A stretch of DNA of 64,000 nt from positions 50,034,001 through 50,098,000 of the forward strand of contig OX597815.1 of assembly GCA_951406725.2 (NCBI GenBank), given 5' to 3'. Numbering within the stretch: the first letter of the stretch is position 1; each line of letters opens with the position of its first letter. A program made the translations under genes and the position numbers. Of the stretch, positions 39,981 to 53,090 are shown piece after piece. The DNA is from Octopus vulgaris (lineage: Eukaryota). The notes beneath the pieces were generated by a model that ran no database searches, had not been told where the DNA came from, and saw nothing but the letters and a program-made list of their open reading frames with translations.

Positions 39981-41433
39981 ATACATGGTACCATTGCAAT
40001 TCTTTACCTCTCTACACTTCAGGTCTCATAATGAGCAAGCATTTTTATTGGCCACTATAATTAAAACCTTTTTACTGCTCAACATTCTTGTCTTATTTAC
40101 TGAACCCAGCTAGTGTCAACTGGAATCAGAAATAATATTAACACTTCAATTGTAAATAGATTCCCAAAAAATAAATCCTGAAAGAAATAACAGCAAGGTT
40201 GTGATGGAGACTAAAGCCAGAGTATTCTGAAAGATTCGAACCAAGTTTTGTTTTGTGCTTATGAGAAGTTAGAATGAATTTCCTGTATATGTATTCTTCC
40301 TCCAATTTCACGTTTGGGCAAGCAATACTACCTTGTATGATGTGAAATTAGAGAATGGAAGATAAATGATTAAGAAACAAGATCAACAAATTATTTACAC
40401 TTTGTTTCATGAAGATAACGCATGGGGAACAAATTGGGCCATAGGTTACTGTAGTTAAGAATTAATTGCTTCAGTAGGTTTGGTGGAAAACAAAAAATAA
40501 CATTGTTTAGGTTTTTGGTTTCTTTTTAAATGTTTTTATCACAGATATTTTGTAAATGGCAAAACACTATTTTTATTAGCAAAAGACTATGACTATCAAT
40601 TAGAAATCCAGTCCTTCATGTCATTTTCTTATAATATTTCTGAGTTTACAAATGAATTACTAACGGGGAGCATTTTTTCCAGCACACATTCTACCTGTTT
40701 TAGCGGACCAATATTAAAGTGAACCACATTAAATATCAAAAGTAGTAATTTATATTCTTCTTGTCATTGCTTGTCCAACAAAGCAAAGCTCTGTAAGCAA
40801 GTAACAAAAGTTATTCACAAACTCAACAGATACAGTCTTTTTTTTTTTAATGCTTATCTCCATTCAGTCCTATATTGATCCTGTTGAAGAATACACAGCC
40901 AATGCATTTGAACTGAAAATGATACTTTATGATTACCACATATCCTAGTATTTTACTACTGTATCTAGTGCTAACCTTTACAAACTGTTAGCTTTCTACA
41001 TGTCCTTTTTCTCTGTGTAGTCTCACATATTGCTGCAGATATGGTAACATTTTTGCTGAGATTTCAAATAATGATATATTAGCAGCCAGCCTCTGCAAAT
41101 CATGCCTTGCCATCTGCAAAATCGAATGAATACATTGGATATGTTTCCAAATGAAATATTCCTTCTGATATACATTTCACTTACTTTTCCTGCTTTCTTA
41201 CACTCACTCTCACACACATAGTTTTATGTACAAACACAAACACATATATGTACAGGCACTTATATATACTTATACACATATACACGCATAAATAAACACA
41301 CACTCACACATATCATTATCATCATACATGTCCGAATGTTATATGTTCTCTCTCAGACAGCACTTGCTAAACAACAGCAACAAAAATAAATGCATTAACT
41401 TAGTACTGAAAAGCAAAGAGAACAATATCTTAC

Positions 41434-41512
41434 TTGTTGGCAGTGAACTCCTAAGGAAGCACTCTCTTTCTGATGATCTCCCATACAAACCCAAAACAGC
41501 CAGTCTAACATC
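41434..41512 (-). CDS. coding exon of unassigned minus-strand gene (MLDWLFWVCMGDHQKESASLGVHCQQ)
   Basis: Acceptor cacatcttgatattttttgcag, donor gtaaga; 79 nt, phase 2/0; joins exon 19768-19862 in frame. Confidence 0.75.
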
Positions 41513-41949
41513 CTGCAAAAAATATCAAGATGTGAAATGTTCAGCATGCCAAAAATCAACCATGCAAGGGTATGTTTCCTGAAGACTTGAAGAAGTAATA
41601 CTGACATACAGTGAAGCCTCTCTTGGAATCATTACTGCTACATCACGACACACTTCAAAGGCTATGCATTTAGAATCCAAGAATAGGAGACTGCTACAAA
41701 ATGCCTAATAATCAAAAGAGACAGTGAAGCCTATATTCACCAATTGTAGAAGGCACTTGCCCAAGGTGACACACAGTGGGACTGAAACTAAAAATCCTGT
41801 TGTTAGAAAGTGACCTTCTTACCACACATGCACCGATTTAAAACTTTGATGCTTATTTAGGAATAAACTTTTATCTATGTTTTAATAATATACTATTTCG
41901 AAGTGCAAATATTGCTCAATCGATTTAGGCTGTTTTGCTTCATTATTTT

Positions 41950-42355
41950 ACCTATGTTTACTTTAAGAGATAGAAAAAAATGCAAGTGATTTTAATGAAC
42001 GATTTCGAAACAAAACTGAAAATTACTCACAATGTCAACAAATGTGACTTGAAGATGAAGAGGTTCATAGATATATCTTTGTGATTGTCAATGATAAATG
42101 AAGAGCCATTATAGAAATGAACCTATGCAAAACAGCTCAGGAAATCACAGGAGAATTCGATATTGGACCATTCAAGAGTTGCTCTGAATTTACACTACCG
42201 GAAAGAAACAAAAGAGCTCAAAAAATTGGAGCAAAATGAAAATCTAAAAGATCCCTGATACAAAGACTATGCTATATTTCTTTTACACAGCAAAAATTAC
42301 TTCAGCCATTTGTTGATTACTTCGTGATGTATGATGAAAAGGGATTCAGATGGCA
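41950..42355 (+). mobile_element. decayed mariner transposase fragment
   Basis: LEDEE...DK*RAIIE and VMYDEKG (resembles IVTGDEKW) with stops and frameshifts. Confidence 0.6.
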
Positions 42356-42364
42356 ACTAATCAG

Positions 42365-42790
42365 GTCAAGTGTGGGAACATACATCATTGTAGCATGTTG
42401 ATGCATTCATCATTTCTTAGTTATATTCCTAGATATGACTGGGCAACCCATTGAGCAGAGTACCAGCCAGTCCCCATTTCTGAGAGATACCTTCTCATCT
42501 GCCATGACCATGTGGCATGTGCCATGTGGCTGATCAACTTCAGCTGTTAACTTACCCAGAACCACAGTGAAGAGAACATGTTAAGCAGGGTCTAACTTGG
42601 AAAATTGAGCAACATGGCCAAACAGTTTGTACTGGTGCTCCTGAATCATACAAGTAATGGGATACATTTCTGTTTCTGAGGAGTCATTGGTTAGATACAA
42701 AATATGACCAATGGTAGCCCATAATCCTGTGAAGCATCTTGGTACTAAAGGAGTTCAGGCGACTTCTAAGAGCCCCAGACAGTGGCAACT
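42365..42790 (-). mobile_element. decayed RTE-clade LINE 3' fragment
   Basis: LSGALRSRLNSFSTKMLHRIMGYHWSYFVSNQ*LLR matches the RTE post-RT motif. Confidence 0.75.
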
Positions 42791-43398
42791 AATGATCTTC
42801 AACGATTGTCTGGACCAAGGGAAAACACCAAAATATTTTTTTCAAGCTAAAGTCTCATCAAAAGATAATTACAGCTATTGTTTGGTGATTGAGAAATGAA
42901 GTCATTTCCTACTATTTCTTGAATTCTAATGAAACCATCAGAGCAGGAATGTATTGCCTACATCACTTATAAAGGAACAATTCACCTAAACATATTCCAC
43001 AAATAACTTTGCAAAAATTTAACATTCTAGATTCAAAATTTCTATCTTACCCAGCTTATTCATCAGATCTCATTCTTACCAAATATCATTTTTTTTACAA
43101 CCATCTAAGTAGCTGCTCAATGAATTCTTGAAGGATTCAATGGCTCCAGGATGACATAAGAATCTTATATTACTTCTTGTTGATGAATATATATTGTTTA
43201 TAATAGTTCTAAATTTTAATTAATAAAGTTCATCTCTGAGCTGAGTTATATTGCTTTAAAACTAAGGGTTTAAAACCAGAATGGTTTTAGTAGTCACCTG
43301 ATTTTTGATTCTCAAGTTTTACCATTGATATATAACATAAAATGCTTAGAAAAATAGGCAGAGGTAGCCATAGATATGGATAGATGCAGGTGTGGATA

Positions 43399-43805
43399 GG
43401 CACAGGCGTGGCTGTGTGGTAAGAAGCTCATTTCCCAACAACATAGTCCTGGGTTCAGTCCCACTGCATGACACCTTGGGCAAGTGTTCTACCATAGCTT
43501 TCAGCCAACCAAACCAGAGCCTTGTGAGTGGATTTGGTAGGCAAACACTAAAAGAAGCTTGTTGTGTGAGTGTATATATATATATTTGTTTGTCTTTGTG
43601 TTTGTTCCCACTCCATTGCTTGACAACCAGTGCTGGTACGTTTATGTCCCCTGTAACTTAACTGTTCAGCAAAAGAGATTGATAGAATAAGTACTAGGCT
43701 TAAGAAAAAAAAATACTGGAATTGATTCATTCACCTAAAAGTTCTTCAAGGTAGTGCACCAGCATTGCCACAGTCTAATGGCTGAAACAAGTAAAATAAT
43801 AAAAG
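43399..43805 (+). mobile_element. SINE family A
   Basis: Full head-to-tail homology. Confidence 0.85.
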
Positions 43806-45119
43806 ATACCATAAATATAAAACCTAAGATGTTAAGAAAAATAGACAGAGAGGGAAAGAAATAGTGAGATAACAAAAGGAGATAAAGGAAGGAGACACTC
43901 AAAACAAAACTTAAAAAAAAAGGTAAAATGCAGTTTTAAAGGGAGGAAGACACATACATATTGAATATAAAGAAACAGGCACACAGAGGTGTAACAGGAA
44001 ATAGAAGGGTTGTTAAATGTGGACGAGTAAAGGTGAGAGAGAGAGATAGAGAAAGAGTGAAAGAGAGAGAGAGAATGAGAAAGATAGTCAGAGAGGAAAG
44101 GAAAGGAGAGAGAGAAGGAGAGCAAGGATGAGGGCCGAGGTAAAAGCGGGGGAAATAAAGTGAAGATCATTGAAGAGACAGATTAAGAAAATGGTTTGTA
44201 TTAGGGTAAGATGTGTGCTTGTGTTTGTGAATGTGTATGTGTGTTTTGTGTATGTACTGGTGTGTATGTGTGTGTCTGTCTACATATATAATCAGAGAAA
44301 GTGAGGGTGCATGGATGAAAGTCAGAGCTGGGGTGGGATGTTCATAGACAGACAATGATTTTCGAGGAATTAGCACTGAAGACTTCAAAAATAAAAAAAA
44401 AATCATTTATGTGCATTTTAAACCCTGATTATTTACAGGAAACAAGGAAGGTAAATGAAATGAAAGAAAGAAAAAAAGAAAGAAAGAAAGAAAGAAAGAA
44501 AGAAAAAAAGAAAGAACTTGTCTCAGTCATTAGACAGAAAGTAAAAAAGAAATGAAAAGAAAGAGAAAGAAGGCAAGAAAAGAAAGGCAGAAAGGCAGAC
44601 AGAAAAAAATCAAACAAATAAACAAAGAGAAATGAAAATAAAACGAAAATTATCCAATTTCAAGATGATACTTGCTTCCAGTTTTATTTCTTTGTCTATC
44701 TTCTACTTTAGAGAAGAAGAAAAAAAAAAACAGAGGAAGAGAGAGTGAGAGAGAAGTTCCCATCCAACACATAAGCATTACAGGAAGTCTGCAATAGAGA
44801 ATAATAAAGTATAGTTGGGTGGGGTGGGGATTGGGGTGTGGGGAAGCCAAGTGAATTTATGAACCTTCACTGCAAGGGTGTTAAATATGGCAACGGCAAA
44901 AACTGAAGTTCAATGGAAAGTGTGAATATATTTATTTGAATGTATATATACTAAGATATATTTTCATAATTTTTTCTCAAAACTAGAGAAGCAACATTTG
45001 TTTTTGTTTGTTATTTTTTCTTTTGTATGTTTTTGTTGGTTCCAGGCATAGTTTATTGTTATTATTTTTATTTCTTTTATTTGCCATCAAGGTGACATAA
45101 TCATTATTATTATTACCAA

Positions 45120-45164
<45 letters not shown>

Positions 45165-45878
45165 CATTGTTGTTGTTGTTATTATTATTATAAACACTCT
45201 GTGGTTAATAAAGAAATCATTATCATTATTTTTATTACTACTACTACTATTAATATTTTTATAATTTCTCTTATTATTATTATTATTATTATTTGCCCTT
45301 TGTTGGTGTGTGTCTATTCATGTTGACACTCAGGCACAAACATAGACATTATCAAATGTATAAACACACACAAATATAAATATATAAACATATATTTATA
45401 CATGCATATTTATACTCATGTATGTGCATATATATTCACATAAATATATGCACATTCATATCACAAGCATTAAAGAGGCTGAAATGAATATAATATGTTC
45501 ACTTGTGTTGTTTAACCCCAAGCCAAAGTTATTTCTGTCTAGCAGATCTATAATCAAAGATACCCCAACCATGATCATCAAATATCATTGTGTGTGCATG
45601 TGTGTGGGCATGTGCGCACGTGTGTATGTGTGTGTGTGTGTGTGCATTTAAATTTACTTTAGTGTAAAAGAAATTTTCTCATTTGAAAAACTTTGCTTTT
45701 ACTTTGTATATTCATTTTGATGAGCTTTGACAAAAAGAACAAAAACAAAACAAATGATTCACCATTTAACCAACTGGCTAAGCAAACAATTAATTAGTAT
45801 GATAGATATTTAACCAATTGACTAATTATAGAGGAGTGAATTTGTATCAGTGCATGTCATATTAATATTGATGCAATG

Positions 45879-46178
45879 ACAAAGCGACGAGCTAGCAGAA
45901 ACGTTAGCATGCCGGGCGAAATGCTTATCGGTATTTCATCTGCCGTTACCTTCTGAGTTCAAATTCCACCGAAGTCGACTTTGCCTTTCATCCTTTTCAG
46001 GGTCGATAAATTAAGTACTAGTTATGCACTGGGGTCGATGTAATCAACTTAATCCCTTTGTCTGTCCTTGTTTATCCCCTCTATGTTTAGACACTTGTGG
46101 GCAATAAAGAAATAAGAAACGTTAGCATGCTGGGTCTCCTCCCTAAAAATTTTAGGCTTTGTGCCTAGAGTAGAAAAG
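45879..46178 (+). mobile_element. chimeric SINE family B carrying both tail types
   Basis: 15-bp TSD AATATTG(A/G)TGCAATG at 45864-45878 and 46179-46193. Confidence 0.8.
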
Positions 46179-46509
46179 AATATTGGTGCAATGCCCCTCC
46201 CAAGACAACAAAATTTGTTTCAATACACCAATTCGCATAAAGAATCTTGCAAACCAAATATGAAAATTAAATAAAGTATTACTGCTTATTCCATTATTTT
46301 ATTTAATTTTGCTTTCTACTCACATAGTTTATGGGCAACTTAGAATTTATTTCATTAATAAAATCTTTATAAACATTCAGAAGCTACTTAACTTCCCAGG
46401 AGCTGGACTGATGAGTTATACATGCATTAAGACACTCCAGCTAAGACCATGAAGCCTCATTTTTTTTCAAGCATAATGTATCTAAGTGTGTATCATGCAA
46501 AACATCTTT

Positions 46510-46714
46510 CTTTTATCTTTTACCTGTTTAAGTCCTTTAACTGTGACCATTCTGGAGCACTGCCTTGATGAATTTTAGTCATATAAATCTATCACAGTAC
46601 TTCTTTTAGTTTGTAAACCTGACACTTATTCTATCAATCTCTTTTTCTCAGATCACAGGGATGTAAACAAACCAATACCAGTTGTCAAGTGGTGGTGGGG
46701 GACAAACAGCACAA

Positions 46715-46792
<78 letters not shown>

Positions 46793-47243
46793 GTAGATAG
46801 ATAGATGTATATGTATAGGTATGGCTGTGTGGTAAGAAGATTGCTTCTCAACCACATGGTTCCAGGTTCAGTCAACTGGCATCTTGGGCAAGTGTCTTTT
46901 ACTATAGCCTCGGGCTGATCAAAGCCTTGTGAGTGAATTTGGTAAACGGAAACTGAAAGAAGCCTGTTGTATATATATATACATTTGTGTGGGTGTCTTG
47001 ACAATTGATCCTGGATTGTTTATATCTCCATAATTTAGCAGTTTGGCAAAAGAGATCGATAGAATAAGTACTAGGCTTACAAAGAATAAGTCCTGAGGTC
47101 AATTTATTCAACTAAAACCCCTTAAGGTGGTGCTCCAGCATGACTGCAGTCAAATGACTGACACAGGTAAAAAAAACACTTTCCCAAGGTGCCACCCTGG
47201 AACCATGTGGTTAGATAGCAAACTTCTTACCACACAGCCATGC
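46510..47243 (-). mobile_element. SINE family A (minus) with a nested plus-strand family A copy at about 46818-47177
   Basis: Minus tail 46510-46720, plus copy after the (TAGA)n tract, minus head 47178-47243. Confidence 0.75.
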
Positions 47244-47615
47244 ATGATATAATTTGAGAGAGATTTTGCTGCTAGTTGTAGCAAATTGAGTGTCTCCTTT
47301 AATGAATCAATGACTAGAGTGTTGTATTAAGAAGTTACTCATTCAAATCCATTATTCTTGCGTTGTTGAAGGAATGCAGTTCATAAGTTTCAGTTTACCT
47401 GGCAGTTGGGAATTGGAATGAAAATGTGACATTCAACAGCCCATTGGTATTCGGGGGTAAAATTTCTCTTTCATGCACTAAATTCCATAAAGCATGAAAT
47501 ATGCCTTATGCTCTTGGGACCATTTATACTTTTTTCATCTCTCTCACCTCTTTCCCTCTTTCTCCATACAAACAAGCATAAACACACACACATACCCTTA
47601 TACCCCCTCACGACG

Positions 47616-47648
<33 letters not shown>

Positions 47649-47809
47649 ATATCTAGATAGATAGATAGATAGATAGATAAAACTTACTTGGAAAAGAATG
47701 CATGGTGTTCGATCATATAATAATACAAATAATATATAAATATATGCATATATACATACATATATGTACATACCTACATATATATGTATATATACATGTA
47801 TATATGTAC

Positions 47810-48290
47810 GGGACATCTAAAAACGTTAAACACAATGAGAAACGAAAACATAGAAAACGAACATTTTTTCGAACAACGAAAAAGCAAACACAGAAAACGA
47901 GATATGCAACTTAAAAAATATTCCCCTTCATTAGTTGTCCCTGTTTCATCTACTCTACGTTCGAAGGTAAGGACAATACGCGACTTCGTTGAAACAATCC
48001 TTCCCGCAAAGCAAATTAAATAAAATTTAGGATTTTTTTACGGAGGGTGAATGTGGTAACAAGAACAGGACAGTGAAAACACAAGACAGTAAAAACAAAC
48101 GGTGAGGGCTGTTGAACCAAGACAACAGAAAAATTATTATGAACGCTAGGAGGACGAGCTATGAGAGGAGACAGGTAAAAGCACGTCTTGTTTTTAGGAA
48201 AGAAATGTGTTAACAACAAACAAGACGAGGACAAATATCCATCAAATGTAAATAATGTACATAATTCCTCATCTCATAAATATAGAACTG
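47810..48290. mobile_element. composite PLE-like pseudo-LTR relic
   Basis: 48206-48290 is homologous to 29213-29296; 47810-48200 is a CpG-rich segment with a CTAATGAAGGGG motif on the minus strand. Confidence 0.5.
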
Positions 48291-48690
48291 TATTATATAC
48301 ACATACTTGATAAAATTTTAAGAAATTGTTCTTTTCAGCACATCAACTCTTAATTTTCTGCATATATATATAACGTATTATATATGCACAAATGAAGCAT
48401 TTGTCTTGTGTCTCTTCACATCTGTGTGTGCATGGGTGTCGCACACGGGTGTCATGCACATGCGCGCACACAGACACACTTACATACATCCAGATCTACG
48501 GAGCTTAAAAGTAATTTTGCAATACTGAAACGTATTTTTTGGTGCATTTGAAAAATATTTGTTGCCCCCCCCTCTGCCGCCCCGCCCCTACATATACACT
48601 CACACACAAGCTATTCAAAATTATTTAATTGCTACAAATATATATTTGTTGTTCTCCTGTAGGTAGTCATGATCATAAAGCATAAAAAAC

Positions 48691-48917
48691 AATTTAGATG
48701 AATGTATTTAAACAAAGACAAACAGGTACTGAAATCTAATTTGAGGGGAGGGGCTAATGTGTCTGCCTAAGTATGAATAAACGTATGAAAGAGTGCATAT
48801 GTGTATTCAGATGATAGAATTTGCAGAAGATCCCCATGTATTCACACATACAAATTTTTCCTCCAAAATCAGCTTTCAGCCCTTGTTTATTTTCGTTTAA
48901 ATAGATTCATCTAAATT
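48691..48917. mobile_element. MITE with about 60-bp imperfect TIRs
   Basis: AATTTAGATGAATGTATTTAAAC... / ...GTTTAAATAGATTCATCTAAATT. Confidence 0.6.
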
Positions 48918-49092
48918 ACTTGTTTTAATTCATCTTTAATATCATTTTTAAAATATCATATAGTATTTATATTCTTTTTTTTTTTTTAACAATCTGTATC
49001 GATACTAAGCTCTATATCTCAATATTTAGAAAATAGACAAAATTCCATTATTAGCTGGGAGAGAAAAACTCATTACCATAGCAAAAATTAAC

Positions 49093-49103
49093 CTGCAGGC
49101 CAT
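49093..49103 (-). CDS. putative first coding segment (MAC-R) of the minus-strand gene; exon probably 49093-49123
   Basis: aaaATGG start context, CAG|gttaat donor in phase 2 matching exon 41434-41512, upstream acceptor ttacctcctag. Confidence 0.5.
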
Positions 49104-49380
49104 TTTCCAAAACATTACACATTCTAGGAGGTAATTTTAAAATACAATTTTTTAAAAAAATTTACCATTCTATTGTTACGTCTAAAGCAACCACTATTGT
49201 TTCTTTTACTTACTACCACGTAGCTCTGACAGGTCTATATATAGGAATAATTGACAATGTATTTTTTAATACTTGACAATCTCCCATAGGAGAGAAACAA
49301 ATATCTATCTGTAGAATTCAATTACATTTTAAAATAACTTATCAATTACTCTGCTAGTCTGCATAGAGTTCTTTTGATAC

Positions 49381-49440
49381 CTCGTCTTTTACGTTTTTAC
49401 GTTTTTTTCCTCAGAATAAACTACGCGCTTGTGTGTGTTT
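49381..49440 (-). promoter_or_regulatory. putative non-coding first exon / TSS region
   Basis: GAG|gtatca donor at 49381/49380 in CpG-retaining unique sequence. Confidence 0.35.
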
Positions 49441-49748
49441 ACTTACATATGTATGTATACATAATTATATGTCTATCTTTATGTATACACACGCACATAT
49501 ATGTTAACTAGATATATGTTTGTTGTGCGTGTAGGCATGAATGATGATGCTCGTGTGTGTGTATGTGCGCGCGCGCACGAGTGTACGTATACATGAATGC
49601 ATGACGTATGTACGTACATATGAATGAATAAATAAATGAATGACTGAATGAATGAATGAATGAATGAATACGAGGCAGTGTCAGAAATATGTCGAACAAG
49701 GTCTGAAAAAAGACTACCACTCCAATAAATAACGCATTTCATATATTA

Positions 49749-50937
49749 TCTGTATATATATAAAAGGCAGGATGTGTGTGTGTGTACGTGAATGTAATTT
49801 ATATACGTCCATAAATTAGCCCGCATGTCACTCCAATTTTAGGAGGACATTCGTCATGATCCTAGCTGTATTTTCATCAAATTATTTTTCCCCGGGGCAC
49901 CAGCGAATAGCGGTAAAAATAAATTTTCGGCCATAACTTAACAATTTTCACGGCGGAGAAATCCACCATTGTTTAAAAACATGAGTTAAGTCCCCTTCTA
50001 ACGACGGTGTAAGGTGAGGGAGGGAGAGGAAGGGAGGGAGAGATAACAGATTTTTAAAATTTCGTCTTTTTACTGAGTGATTGACAGGCAAAAACAGACA
50101 GGTGTTGTTATGTATGTATGTATGTATGTGTGAATGGCTTCAGTCACACACACTCACGCGCATGTATGCGTACGTGTATACAATGTGTGTGGTTGTGTGT
50201 GTGTGTATGTTTCCCGTATATATATATATATATATATATACACAATATAAACGATATTCTCCGTTTCTCCACAACTAATTTCCAAATTAACTGAATTCGT
50301 TACTCTACTCATAGTGATATATAGCTGGTCATGCGTGAACATGGGAGAGAGCAGAAATTACCAGAGCAAAAGACCTACGTGTTGACTGTAGGCACGCTCC
50401 TTCGCAAACGATCAGCTATTATTTTGTAAACAATGTTTCGAAATTGTTCGTGTTTTCGAAAGGAGAGATCTCACTCTCACATCTCTGCAGAAGAAGGTAG
50501 GTCTCTCTATTCCACTTACAAAACGTACGTCTAGATGTTTACAAATTTGCATTTTGTAAACAATGTTTCGAAACTGTCCATGTTTTCGAAAGGAGAGATC
50601 TGACTCTTTTCAACCATAATGTCTACCAATTTTGATATATTTTGTTCAAACATGATGCTAGAATTACTGAGGACACATGGGATCTTTGAATGCTCTAAGT
50701 TCTCCAAAAACGAAAAAAAAAAAAAAAGCAATCGATGAGTGAAAAAAAAACGATAAACCGATTCCTTATGGGATTTCTCAATCAAATTATCTGCAAAATT
50801 TCAGCCAAAAGTTTACCAATTTCAACGGAGTTCACTCAAATTTGACGTCGATGTTACTTTGTTTGCTTTGAAATAAAGAGCTTGATTAGCTTAATAATCC
50901 TAACTTAATCCCGAGCAAAGCCGGGCTATACTGCTAG
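49749..50937 (+). mobile_element. non-autonomous Helitron
   Basis: 5' TCTGTATATATATAAAA, hairpin CCCGAGCAAAGCCGGG (50910-50925), 3' CTAG, A|T insertion site; internal ~57-bp direct repeat near 50421 and 50551. Confidence 0.85.
50245..50385 (-). pseudogene. Helitron Pif1-like helicase C-terminal fragment
   Basis: QHVGL...PMFTHDQLYITMSRV...TENIVY resembles motif VI F.HGQLYVA.SRV...T.NIVY. Confidence 0.8.
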
Positions 50938-51944
50938 TATATTTATAATCGGACACCACTCTTTTCAAAAATCTAATTGGAATCGTACACAGTGACACCA
51001 ACACGTCTTTCATAACTAAAAAGTTTCATGGAAATCCTTTTCCATAATCATCCAATATTGTCTGTGTTTCCTCCTGAACTTCATCTTACCATCTCGTAGC
51101 CTTTAATTTTGTTATTAGAAGTGCTTAAATTTCATTGAAACCAGTTTCTAAGGGTTTAAGAGTAATTCTATTTTGTTCATCGTTAAAATCTACGTCGTCG
51201 GGAGGGAGGTGGAAGTAGGCAGATTATCATGATGCAGCAGCCAATTGCAATTAACGTCTCATGAAGCTTGAGGGACACGTCAGATCGTCAGGCTACATCT
51301 GCTTTGATCGTGTATCAAAAGTAGGACAAACTTTGCAGCACCACATGTTCTTGTTTTACGTGAGAATCTCCTTGTAGACACCATAAGCGATTCTAGTCCA
51401 AATTATTCAGGTGACGTACGATTCAGTAACGGCCTTCATAGATAAATTCACAATTTTTTCCAACTTTTAACATTTGGAGATTGCGAGGTTTTTTCTCCCC
51501 GCTAGTGATATAAGCAAGAGTGCGTTTTGCACCAAAAGCCAATATGAGAGTTTCTCTCGTGGTATCTACCACAGTATAGTTTGTTCTAATAGAGCATCCA
51601 TGTTTCAAGGGAGATAAATATTACCTCTCTGTATTAATATTACTTCCGTTGCTAATGTATATATTTTTTATTTTATTTCTCGTGGCTGGTCATCCTGAAC
51701 GCTTATTATCTTGACACTCAAATATCCTAGAAAGGGATGTGTCCCGCAAAAGCCCGTATCTGGCCTTGAAATGTTGGCAGGTGTCTCAGTAGTCAATTTA
51801 CTGAGCTTTATACGAATTTTAATTCAAACACGTTGTTTGAATTTTTCAACTATAGTAACAATTGCAGAATTGTTTTACTACAACATTACAGAACCTTGAT
51901 AATAATTGAATATGAGTAAATAACCTGAAGACTATTCGTATACT

Positions 51945-52095
51945 TTTTTACTCAAGGCACAAGGCCCGAAATTTTGGGGGAGGGTCCAGTCGATTAGATC
52001 GACCCCAGTACGCAACCGCAACTTAATTTATCGAACCCGAAAGGATGAAAGGCAAATTCGACCTTGGCGAAATTTGAACTCAGAACGTAAAGACA
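51945..52095 (-). mobile_element. 5'-truncated SINE family B with 18-bp TSD
   Basis: TSD GAAGACT(A/G)TTCGTATACT at 51927-51944 and 52096-52113. Confidence 0.85.
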
Positions 52096-52329
52096 GAAGA
52101 CTGTTCGTATACTGTGGCTCAATAGGATAGGTATCAGTAATTGTCATGTGTTCGTATTTCCATTGGTGCAATCCGGGAAACTTTTATATATAAATATATT
52201 ATGTATATATAGACAAACACACAAATAAGTGTGTGTATGTGTGTAAAGAGAGGTAGGTTTTGTTTATTCTGAAGAAAATGAAAATCACGGGTTATATAAA
52301 TAACTATTATAATTAAATCAGAGTATATA

Positions 52330-53090
52330 AACTGATAAGACTCCTCGGTAACATTACCAGGTTAGGGACCTCTGGAAGTTGTCCAAGGGTCTCGGCCCAA
52401 ATGACCTTTACCATCGTCCGAAGCCCACGATTTCTCCCGGGCATCATCACACTTGGCCGCTACCAACCCTCTATAGAATAACGAGGTGGAACCCACGCTA
52501 CCAACATTACCCGTGCGACAGAGGAGCACGAATGCCTTACAACACTCGGCCTGCCAAGAACCCAACATTAGCCTACGTTTGACCCATGGTTCTAGTTCAC
52601 TAAAACTAGTGAACCTAGGAAGCATCAGGTTGATGAATGGAGACCACAGCCGTTCACCACCGAGGTAAAGCCAAAGATGCCTTAACCCCAACACGTGCTT
52701 GCGCATCATCAACCAAGGCATCCCAAGCCCATCTTTTAACGGTTGTTAGCAGCAGATAGAGCGCTTTACAAGAGGTCCTTTGCCTTTGCGGAGGCGCAAT
52801 TGTTCCAACTTGCTTGGCCACGAATAGGGGAAAAGAACAATGGTTAGGTAGTAGGTGATCATTTTCACTGGTCCGTCCAACGTCCGACGACGTTGTTGGA
52901 CGGCATCGACTTGCTTCTCCAGGTGCCGAGCTGCAAGCCGACTGATTTTTCCCGGTTATTTATTTGCTCCTGTCACCGCCTCCTATTCTTTAACGGCTTT
53001 ACCTACCCACGATGGTGATGTCATCCGCGTATGCCGTCACTGATCTTCCACAACCTAGATCTCACGGGACGCCACTCATACCCTTCAACT
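52330..53090 (-). mobile_element. internally deleted L1/Tx1-clade LINE ORF2 fragment
   Basis: TAYADDITI (RT YADD) near 53014-53040; PLKDGLGMPWL (GGLG-type motif) near 52710-52742; frameshifts. Confidence 0.8.

Larger units (their letters stand above)
49669..51450 (-). mobile_element. decayed mariner transposon interrupted by a Helitron
   Basis: TA-CGAGG terminus at 49669; C-terminal DEVQEETQTILD..KDFHETF..W..CV near 50970-51090; IAYG..EILT..NM and AAKFV near 51325-51395. Confidence 0.7.

Noticed and set aside
47688-47716. Alternative start exon MIEHHAFFS-K with a strong phase-2 gtaagt donor
   Set aside because: No acceptor, flanked by microsatellite and TE sequence; the 49093-49103 candidate has better context. 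Not excluded without RNA-seq
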